Positions 56,316 to 64,000 of a stretch of 64,000 nucleotides of DNA are shown in pieces (the first letter of the stretch is position 1; every line of letters begins with the position of its first letter). The position numbers and the translations under genes were made by a program. The notes under the pieces are model-generated. The model was not told the origin of the DNA. It was given only the letters and a program-made list of their open reading frames with translations, and made no database searches. Location of the stretch: assembly GCA_963662285.2 (NCBI GenBank), contig CAXXMV010000001.1, positions 1 to 64,000 of the forward strand, written 5' to 3'. This stretch comes from a bacterium (lineage in GTDB: Bacteria; Hinthialibacterota; Hinthialibacteria; Hinthialibacterales; Hinthialibacteraceae).

Positions 56316-57442
56316 ATGCTTAGCCATGTTTTGAAAGCGGGCGTCTGATATAGTCTCTGGGCTAGGAGGTCGTAACCTTCCGCCAGGGGGTGGCTGGTGT
56401 CGGCGTAGAGTGGGCTGGGCAGCGGTTCCGGAACGCAATAGGCGATTTTTGACTCTTTCAACCATTGCTCGAATTGAACCTTCAGTTTGCGGTATGTTGC
56501 TAAACTGCTTTCGTCAAGAATGTGTTCATTGAATGGTCCGACCATTACGAAGACTTGATTACCCCGCTGCTTCAAGGTTTGCGTGGTTTGCTTGAAGGCT
56601 TCCCATTGCAGTGAAGTTTCCAATTCTACCCAGGGGAAACTCTGGGTCTGTTTTCCATTGACTTCCCACGAGATCGGTTTGTGCCGCAGAGCATCCTCTG
56701 GATCGTTTCCGATGGATGCGAATTGGCTTAATGGATTGGTGTAGGGATGCTCCAGGGTCCAGGATGGTAAATCCTGATCTTTGAAATAGACTGCGCGCAG
56801 GTGATTCACCCAACTCAAGAAGGGGATATAACGCTCGATGACGGCGTTGAGCCGTTCAGAAAAAGTCGCCCGGTAACATGGAATCCTGGTTAAGAACTGG
56901 GGAACCAGCCGTGGGTGATTGAAATTAAACTCTTTATCGATCTGTAAATCATGCCGGGGCGAGCTCATCCACAGTGGATTGAAATGCAGAAAGACGCGCG
57001 AATCCCTGATGGCTCTGCCATAGTATTTCGTCAATCCCGCCAAGGCCACCGGATGAGTGCCGTTGACGCCGAGATTGGCGTAGAGAGCGGAGCCTTGAGT
57101 CTGGTCCAGGAAATGCGGCAGGGTTTGATCGCTCAAGACGTATTCACCCCACACCACCGAATCGCCGATCAGCAGGATTTTTTTCTCTTTGGTTTGCGCT
57201 GCGCAACAACGATGATACACCCAATAATCATTGCTCAATTCATAAGGTATACGGTAATCGTTTACTCTATCGAATGGAGACAAGACGCCCCATAGAATTG
57301 GCGTGAAGATTAAGAATCCTCCGACGATTATGAAAACGATCATCCATTCACGCAGTGATAAGCGCACCAGATGCGAACCATAGGCTACATCGGGGACTTT
57401 GGCGTAGTTTATTTTTGAGGTTGCTGTAGTGGTTGTTTGCAT
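56312..57442 (-). CDS. membrane-anchored SGNH-like protein (DltD/AlgJ-type acyltransferase partner)
   Basis: TM, IGDSV, NLGVNG, DTSHP (DxxH); downstream of an MBOAT gene. Confidence 0.7.
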   Translation of the reverse strand: MQTTTTATSKINYAKVPDVAYGSHLVRLSLREWMIVFIIVGGFLIFTPILWGVLSPFDRVNDYRIPYELSNDYWVYHRCCAAQTKEKKILLIGDSVVWGEYVLSDQTLPHFLDQTQGSALYANLGVNGTHPVALAGLTKYYGRAIRDSRVFLHFNPLWMSSPRHDLQIDKEFNFNHPRLVPQFLTRIPCYRATFSERLNAVIERYIPFLSWVNHLRAVYFKDQDLPSWTLEHPYTNPLSQFASIGNDPEDALRHKPISWEVNGKQTQSFPWVELETSLQWEAFKQTTQTLKQRGNQVFVMVGPFNEHILDESSLATYRKLKVQFEQWLKESKIAYCVPEPLPSPLYADTSHPLAEGYDLLAQRLYQTPAFKTWLSM

Positions 57443-57701
57443 GGTTTCGTTCTTCTTTATTAAGATTCTATTTGTTCGACCTGTGTTTTGCCAGGCAGTG
57501 TTTTTTTAATTTTTCCTCATCCTAGACCAATCCCGGAGGATTGATCTTCCTGGAGTGGTTTTGAGATATATAGGTGATCGCATCAAGGGCTGACCGCATT
57601 GCGGTCTTGCCCTTGGCACCCAGGCTTTTTTTATCTATGGTTACTGCGTTTTACCGGGCGCCCACAAGAGGCGCACCCTACATTATTATCTAGACAGAGT
57701 A

Positions 57702-59078
57702 TTAAAATTGAAAATAGATAAAGGGCTGTTCAGCCGATCCTGCGAAAATCAAGATATATAGGATCATGAAAATAACTAACGACACCCGCACAGTGCGCCA
57801 TTCAATTACCTGTTTCCAGGATGATTCAAATAGATGCTGGTAAATAGTTACGCCCAGCACCAAGACCAGCGCCACTAGTGGAAACGCCGGATCAGATAGA
57901 CTGGTAGTGAAGATGCGCTTGATAATCAGCAACGCGTCGTTCATGGTTTCCGCCCTAAAGAAAATCCAGGTGAAATTGACGAAGATGAATACCCATAACT
58001 GTTTGAACAAACGGGGCACGCTCTCTTTATACCAGACGTTGCGCTCCAACTCGCGGGTCAGCATTGTTCCAACCGCGTGCAGTGCGCCCCAGACGATAAA
58101 GGTCCAGCCCGCGCCGTGCCAGAACCCGGACACGACCATGGTAATAAACACATTGCGGTAGATCATGAAGGTTCCACGCCGGTTGCCGCCTAGTGGAATG
58201 TAGACGTAATCCTTGAACCAGGTGGAAAGGCTGATATGCCAGCGCGCCCAGAAATCGCCGATGCCGGTGGCCAGGTAGGGATTGTTGAAATTGAGCATCA
58301 AGCGGAATCCCATCATCCGCGCCACGCCCCGCGCCATGTCAGTGTAACCGCTGAAATCGAAATATATCTGCCAGGCGAAAGCGAAGGTTCCCAGAATCAA
58401 AGCGGGAGAATCGAAGCCGCCGGGATTGGCGTAAATGCGGTCGGCGTATATGGCCAGATAGTTGGCCAACGCCACTTTTTTGAAAAGCCCCAGGATGAAT
58501 AGAGACATACCGTCTGAGACATCCGTCTTGGTAATTTTCGGAACGCCCTGCAATTGGGGCAACAGGTTTTTAGCCCGCTCAATGGGTCCTGCGACCAACT
58601 GGGGAAACAGGGAGACGAAGGCGGCGAAACGGATGAAACTCGGTTCGCGTTCGATCTGCCCCCGGTAGTAGTCGATTGTGTAACTCATCGATTGGAAGGT
58701 ATAAAACGAAATCCCCACCGGCAGCAGCACATCCGGCGCGGGCAGTTGATAAGCCAAGCCCAAGGCGCCGAGAACCACATTCAGGTTATCAGTCACGAAG
58801 ACGCTGTACTTGAAGAAACCCAAGAGACCGAGGTTGTTGAAGACGCTGACCATCAACCACATTTTTTTGCGCGAGCTCTGCGCCATGCGGTTGACCACCA
58901 CATAATCCAGCAGTGTCGAATAGACGATCAGCCCCAGGTAGAGCGGATTCCACCAGGCGTAGAAGACATACGAGATCAGCAGCAGCCAGGGCATGCAGAA
59001 GCGGGTATTCTTCACTGCCAGATAGATGGGATAGACGATCAGGAAAAAAATCAGAAACGGCCAAGTGTGAAATAACAT
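57702..59078 (-). CDS. MBOAT family O-acyltransferase (AlgI/PatA/DltB-like)
   Basis: LPVGISFYTFQ, FPQLVAGPIER, YFDFSGYTD, FWARWHISLSTWFKDY, SGFWHGA, FIYFQF. Confidence 0.95.
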   Translation of the reverse strand: MLFHTWPFLIFFLIVYPIYLAVKNTRFCMPWLLLISYVFYAWWNPLYLGLIVYSTLLDYVVVNRMAQSSRKKMWLMVSVFNNLGLLGFFKYSVFVTDNLNVVLGALGLAYQLPAPDVLLPVGISFYTFQSMSYTIDYYRGQIEREPSFIRFAAFVSLFPQLVAGPIERAKNLLPQLQGVPKITKTDVSDGMSLFILGLFKKVALANYLAIYADRIYANPGGFDSPALILGTFAFAWQIYFDFSGYTDMARGVARMMGFRLMLNFNNPYLATGIGDFWARWHISLSTWFKDYVYIPLGGNRRGTFMIYRNVFITMVVSGFWHGAGWTFIVWGALHAVGTMLTRELERNVWYKESVPRLFKQLWVFIFVNFTWIFFRAETMNDALLIIKRIFTTSLSDPAFPLVALVLVLGVTIYQHLFESSWKQVIEWRTVRVSLVIFMILYILIFAGSAEQPFIYFQF

Positions 59079-59230
59079 TAATGTTTACCTAAGATAATAT
59101 TATTAACTTATGTTGTTTTAACATCTCCCTCACCCTAACCCTCTCCCAGCGGGAGAGGGGACAATAGGGTTAACATAATGACATTACACTTGAGAGAAAA
59201 TGGGGTAAATCTAAAAACAACTTTTAATCC

Positions 59231-60109
59231 TCACTGAGCAAGCAGCGCAAGTTCCTTATCGGACAAGCGCCTTACGCAGCGGAAGCCGTAAGTATCCTGC
59301 GCGAAGCAGGCGTCGGTGATTCCAGGGACATCCGAAACGCGGTATGACGAGCGGCAGGCTTCTGCGCTGGAATTCCATGCCCCGCCCCGCAGCACCCGTT
59401 CCTTGCCAGCCGCTGGTCCACGTGGATCGGTCTTGGGGCTATTCTTGTAATAATCGACGTCATACACGTCATAACACCACTCGAATACATTGCCGTGCAT
59501 ATCGTACAAGCCGAACGCGTTGGGTTTGCGTGAACCGGTTTTTAATGTTCGCTTATTCGAGTTATTGGCGTAGCAGGCGCGCGACGCCAGTTTCTGGGGG
59601 TCGCCGCCGAAATCGTAATCCGTACTTGATCCCGCACGGCAGGCGTATTCCCATTCGGCTTCGGTGGGCAGGCGGTAACCGCTTGCCTGGAAATTACAGG
59701 CGAACGAGAGTTCATCGTAGCATGGCTCAAGCCCATCCACTTGCGAGCGGGCGTTGCAGAACATGGCCGCATCCGACCAGCGCACCTGTTCGACCGGATT
59801 GTCCGACCCCTTAAAATGAGAGGGATCGGAGAGCATCAGTTCTTCATAGATTCTCTGAATAACCTCACGCCGATCCATGACGAAGGGCGAAACCGTAACC
59901 TCATGAGAGGGGCCTTCATCGGGATTGCCGCCGTCCTTGCCCATGACGAACGTCCCGCCTGGGATCAGAACCATTTCGAGTCCTGATGCGTCTTTAATGA
60001 CTTGGATCGACGCGGTTGTGGACGACGAGTCATCCCCGCAGTGCTGCAAAAGAACTATGGAAAAGACCAAAAGAATTAAGTTGGTATATTTAATATTTAT
60101 ATTCTTCAA
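59231..60109 (-). CDS. FGE-sulfatase (SUMF1) domain protein, probably exported
   Basis: IPGGTFVMG, PVEQVRW, YRLPTEAEWEYACRAG, PNAFGLYDMHGNV, RGGAW, GFRC. Confidence 0.9.
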   Translation of the reverse strand: MKNINIKYTNLILLVFSIVLLQHCGDDSSSTTASIQVIKDASGLEMVLIPGGTFVMGKDGGNPDEGPSHEVTVSPFVMDRREVIQRIYEELMLSDPSHFKGSDNPVEQVRWSDAAMFCNARSQVDGLEPCYDELSFACNFQASGYRLPTEAEWEYACRAGSSTDYDFGGDPQKLASRACYANNSNKRTLKTGSRKPNAFGLYDMHGNVFEWCYDVYDVDYYKNSPKTDPRGPAAGKERVLRGGAWNSSAEACRSSYRVSDVPGITDACFAQDTYGFRCVRRLSDKELALLAQ

Positions 60110-60127
60110 TGTCTGCTGCCTCTCATT

Positions 60128-61174
60128 TTATTTAGCGGGAACAAACCAGTCGGATTCTTTGAATGTTCCTAAGCCGGGGGTTAATTCAGCATACACTCGC
60201 TCGCCCGTAACTGGAGTAACGCATAATCCCCATTGCCCTCTTACGCCTACCAGTTCAGCAATGCCCAGGTTGGTTCCCGGTCCATCCGCTTCGGTGCGTC
60301 CTCCCGGCCCGCGGCTATAGCAAATATATTTCCCGTCCGGCGACCATTCGGTATGGTAAACATGCTTATCGTCTACGATGACGTTCCGTTGATTGGAAAC
60401 CTTGGGAACGGATGATTCCAGATCGATATCCGCCACGGCGATAATATTATCGGATAATCCCCAGGCGATCTGTTTTCCATCGGGGCTGAGGTCTGGCCGA
60501 CAACCGTCAAGCCCCAGGTCATAGACCTTGCCGCCATTCACTTCAATCGCCAGGTTGGTGTGTTGATACCCCATTCCGGCGTGGACGGTGGCGACTATCC
60601 ATTGGCCGTTTTTCGACCAGCAGATGTTGTAGAGATGGTGGATATCTTTATTGGGATGCTCGCGGGTTTCTTTGGTTTCTGTGTTATAGAAAACGATTCC
60701 CTGCGTCGCGAAATCATTGATTTGGAATTTATCGTATTTGCTTTTGAGATAGGCGATGGTTTTGCTATCGGGTCCCCAACAGGCTTGCCGGGCGCGTTGG
60801 GCGACTTTGGTTCGTCCCGTACCGTCCATATTCATCATATAGACGTAGCGAATCTTGGCGCCACTTTTCTCTTCATCCACTGTGAAACAGATTTTAGTTC
60901 CATCGGGGGAGACGTGGGGATACATTTCGTGAACGTCAGGCGTCTTGGTCAGATTAACTGGATTGGAACCGTCCGCGTTCATAACGAATAGTTCCCAATT
61001 ATTTTCTTGATAGGTTTCATATACGATTTTAGATTCAGCGTTCTTCAGCTTATCGAGCAGATCCGGAGATAGTTTCATGATACTCTCTGGGGCTTTTTCA
61101 TCGCTGGAAAAAACCGGATTCAGAATAACCATGAGCAAAAACATTGAAATCATTGATCTCTTTAACATAACCAT
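60128..61174 (-). CDS. exported TolB-like PD40 beta-propeller protein
   Basis: Signal peptide; repeated SPDG/WSPDG motifs. Confidence 0.85.
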   Translation of the reverse strand: MVMLKRSMISMFLLMVILNPVFSSDEKAPESIMKLSPDLLDKLKNAESKIVYETYQENNWELFVMNADGSNPVNLTKTPDVHEMYPHVSPDGTKICFTVDEEKSGAKIRYVYMMNMDGTGRTKVAQRARQACWGPDSKTIAYLKSKYDKFQINDFATQGIVFYNTETKETREHPNKDIHHLYNICWSKNGQWIVATVHAGMGYQHTNLAIEVNGGKVYDLGLDGCRPDLSPDGKQIAWGLSDNIIAVADIDLESSVPKVSNQRNVIVDDKHVYHTEWSPDGKYICYSRGPGGRTEADGPGTNLGIAELVGVRGQWGLCVTPVTGERVYAELTPGLGTFKESDWFVPAK

Positions 61175-61490
61175 TCTCCATAAACTTTACATAATGTGAT
61201 TCGTAATAAATTTGAGTAACTTGCATAATAACATTCTTCTTTGTTTTTGGAAAAGCCTGCAAGGATGAACTTTTTAACGAGAATTCTGCATAGAGTGGTT
61301 TTTATGATAAACTTTTGATTTCTGAGTGGAATTGTTTTTTAACCTGGCATGGCAAACACATACGGAAGAATTGTCTCGAATTTCTTAAGCATGTCTATCA
61401 ACATGAGTTAGTAATCACACTAGATGTAATGCCAAAGTGAAATTGATAGTTTAGTTTTCATAATAACATTCTGATTAGCAATTAAACGCT

Positions 61491-61856
61491 TTATTTGTTC
61501 AGCATTTCTTCGACGGCTTGGAGCATATCCATTTGCTCGTATGGTTTATGGATAATTCGATCCGCGCCTCGCTCTATAGCTGTCTCAAATGTCGCTTTTT
61601 GACAAGAAGCGGTAACAATGGCTACTGGTAGATTCGGTTTGATTCTCTTCATCTCAGGAAGGGCGTCAATTCCATTTACACCTGGCAACTGATGGTCGCA
61701 AAGAACCAAATCAGCAGAAAGTGATTCAATGTTTTGAAAAAATGCTTCTGCTGATCCGTAGGCGATTACGTTATAACCCTTGAATTCAAGCAAGTCAAAA
61801 AGGTTTTCGCGCAATTCTTCTTCATCCTCAACGATGATAATAGTCTTATCAGTCAT
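61491..61856 (-). CDS. single-domain response regulator
   Basis: IIVEDE, LCDHQLPG.NG, IVTA, KPY. Confidence 0.92.
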   Translation of the reverse strand: MTDKTIIIVEDEEELRENLFDLLEFKGYNVIAYGSAEAFFQNIESLSADLVLCDHQLPGVNGIDALPEMKRIKPNLPVAIVTASCQKATFETAIERGADRIIHKPYEQMDMLQAVEEMLNK

Positions 61857-61865
61857 GATATTCTC

Positions 61866-64000
61866 CTATATATTTTTCAATGGCAACGACAAAGTGAATG
61901 TAGACCCGTTTCCCTGCACGCTAATCAATTCTATCGTTCCATCATGCAACTCCACCAACTCTTTGGCAATCGATAATCCAAGTCCGGAGCCTTTGGCGAA
62001 ATTCTTCGAAGCGCTGGTGCGGTAGAATCTTTCCCAGATTTTGCCGCATTCTTCTGGAGTCATCCCTATACCAGAATCCTTCACTGAAAGAGACACTATA
62101 TTATCACTAAACGATAATACCACATCAACATTCCCATTATCAGGGGTGTACTTAATTGCATTACTTACTAATTCTCCAACCACCCGTTCGATTTTGCTGC
62201 CGTCGATGTTTAGAGTATAGTCTCCATCACTGGCATTGAATGTAAGTTGTATGTTTTTCTGTTCAGCAGCGGGTCGGTTTTCGTTAACAATGTTTTCAAC
62301 CAAAGCCTTGAATGGTATATCACTTTTTTCTAAAACAATACGACCTGTTTCTATGCGGTTGAGATCTAGCACGTCATTGATCAGGTTTGTTAGTCGATCA
62401 ACGGATGTGGTAGCGCGTAGCATGACCTTTTGTTGTTTCTCTGTTAATGCTCCAGCGATACCCATTAGCAGGTTATCCAGGCTGCCTTTGATTGCAGTCA
62501 GCGGAGTGCGTAGATCATGCGAGGCCTGGGAGACGAACTGAGTTTTCATCTGGTCAAGTTGAATCAGCTGGGCGTTGGCTTCTTGTAAGTCTGTGTTGAA
62601 TTTATTCAGGCTTTTGTTAGCAACCTGCAGGCGGAGATGGCGGTTCACAGCATAGGCTGCAAAAATAATTGTCAGGAGCGAACTAAAGAAAATTATCAAG
62701 AGAACAACAGGTTCCTTATACCACGGCAGTAGAACTGTAAATGTGAACTCAGCAGGAGTTGGATCGATATTTCCTTTGCGATCCATAGCGCGTACATTCA
62801 ATGAATGGATTCCTGATGCCAGGTTTGTTGCGGAAAAGACTGTAGCTGATTTAAAGGGAGTCCATGCGCCGTCGTCTAGTCTGGTGGAATATAGAAGCCG
62901 TTCGACTTCGGTATATTTCCAGCAATCCATACCAGTAAAACCGATGCGCATTTCGGTTCCCTGCACAATTTCATCGACGTATTCATCTTCTTTGATGATG
63001 GTTTCGGGGTGATTGAGATCCGCTTCGGGGTGATAACATGCTAGGCCGAAGAGAGTCCCGGCCCAGATCCGCTTCTGGCTGTCTTCAAAGATTGATTTAA
63101 CGATGTTGGAAGGAAGCCCTTCGTCCGTCTCAAAATGCAACCAGGTTCCATCTGGTTTGCGTCTCCATAATCCAACTTCGGAGGCAATCCAGATGCTTCC
63201 ATCAGAACTTTTTAAGAACTGATGAATTTTTCCAAAGCCTGATCTTACCAACGACCAGGATTGTCCATCGTATTCGAGCAAATCATTTTGACCGCACCAT
63301 TTTTTACCATCACCAATATCGATCATGCAGCGGGCAGATTTGATCGTAAATCCATCATCGTCACTGAAAGATTGATATTCGTTGCCATGATATAGACGGA
63401 TTTCGTCATAAAGAGAAAGCCAGAAATCTCCATTGTCTTCTTCCCATAATACATCCGGATTGCCGATGCCTGTTTCGATCTTTAATACGACTTTATCACC
63501 TTCTCCATCATTACGGATGACTAGCCATTCAGATTTTCCACTTGTAGTAGTTAATACAGTTTTCCAGAATATATTTTTATTATTAATATTATAGAAAACA
63601 AGATTTGTATATTGATGGCGTTCCTGTTCGAATTTCTCATCAACCGGATTAAAGAAAAGAAAACCTTGGTTTTTAATGGCGCCGATAAGAAGGCGGTCAT
63701 GGGTGAACTGCATTTCATATGTTAAATTGGGTATTCTCGATTCTGGATAGAGATAGATTTTCCATTTTTGATCCAGGCCAAGGCATAAGAGACGGTCATC
63801 TGAAACAAACCATATACGTCCTTGCTGGTCTTCATAAATCGATTGAACAGGTTTATCCAATTTAGCCACTTCGGGCAACATGCCCCAAAGTGGAGGACTG
63901 CTTTTGGCGACGCCTTTTTTTGAGGCCACCCAAAAACCAGCAACCGGATCGGCGGCTATGTCTGTGGTAATCGAAGTGAGAAACTCATCCCGCACAAGGG
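61866..64000 (-). CDS. sensor histidine kinase with periplasmic beta-propeller/Y_Y_Y region (5' end outside the window)
   Basis: IYEDQQGRIW, GLPSN repeats, TM, SHDLRTPL H-box, NAIKYT, DSGIG, GSGLGL. Confidence 0.92.
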   Translation of the reverse strand, partial: LVRDEFLTSITTDIAADPVAGFWVASKKGVAKSSPPLWGMLPEVAKLDKPVQSIYEDQQGRIWFVSDDRLLCLGLDQKWKIYLYPESRIPNLTYEMQFTHDRLLIGAIKNQGFLFFNPVDEKFEQERHQYTNLVFYNINNKNIFWKTVLTTTSGKSEWLVIRNDGEGDKVVLKIETGIGNPDVLWEEDNGDFWLSLYDEIRLYHGNEYQSFSDDDGFTIKSARCMIDIGDGKKWCGQNDLLEYDGQSWSLVRSGFGKIHQFLKSSDGSIWIASEVGLWRRKPDGTWLHFETDEGLPSNIVKSIFEDSQKRIWAGTLFGLACYHPEADLNHPETIIKEDEYVDEIVQGTEMRIGFTGMDCWKYTEVERLLYSTRLDDGAWTPFKSATVFSATNLASGIHSLNVRAMDRKGNIDPTPAEFTFTVLLPWYKEPVVLLIIFFSSLLTIIFAAYAVNRHLRLQVANKSLNKFNTDLQEANAQLIQLDQMKTQFVSQASHDLRTPLTAIKGSLDNLLMGIAGALTEKQQKVMLRATTSVDRLTNLINDVLDLNRIETGRIVLEKSDIPFKALVENIVNENRPAAEQKNIQLTFNASDGDYTLNIDGSKIERVVGELVSNAIKYTPDNGNVDVVLSFSDNIVSLSVKDSGIGMTPEECGKIWERFYRTSASKNFAKGSGLGLSIAKELVELHDGTIELISVQGNGSTFTLSLPLKNI

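Noticed and set aside
1-64000. tRNA, rRNA, riboswitch, reverse transcriptase or DGR
   Set aside because: None recognised by eye; a covariance-model scan (Rfam, tRNAscan-SE) is needed to exclude small RNAs.

Overview
A 64-kb bacterial chromosomal window with no rRNA, tRNA or CRISPR array seen. Gene content (many ECF sigma/anti-sigma loci, sulfatases, glycoside hydrolases, a pilin-like protein with the NFLNAQIRAKVAR motif) suggests a PVC-like or Hinthialibacterota/Sumerlaeota-like organism; this is inference only. It carries carbohydrate/sulfate enzymes (GH5, GH127, YetA/PL26-like, two sulfatases), two ABC systems, three ECF-sigma operons each followed by a large exported protein (STN-repeat protein, CarboxypepD_reg-repeat protein, alpha-2-macroglobulin), an MBOAT acylation cluster and a hybrid-type sensor kinase. 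AT-rich accessory genes are interspersed: SDH/ClpP-class peptidase, TcmP+DUF5131, DinJ-YafQ, DUF2442, a PIN pseudogene, a RipA-like membrane protein and a frameshifted HEPN-like gene. Intergenic DNA holds at least six families of REP-like palindromes. Main observations: (1) a polarised 10-copy 133-bp tandem array built from a gene 3' end plus a REP hairpin and interrupted by an ISL3; (2) strand-biased GTAG REPs that bracket accessory genes like cassettes and supply stop codons; (3) a FecR domain apparently split between two adjacent genes in an ECF operon; (4) an alpha-2-macroglobulin with a long mosaic bait region; (5) a DUF318 permease-ZnuA fusion with ZnuC but no ZnuB; (6) an IS481 inserted precisely into a REP hairpin. 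All family assignments come from motif recognition by eye, not from database searches.
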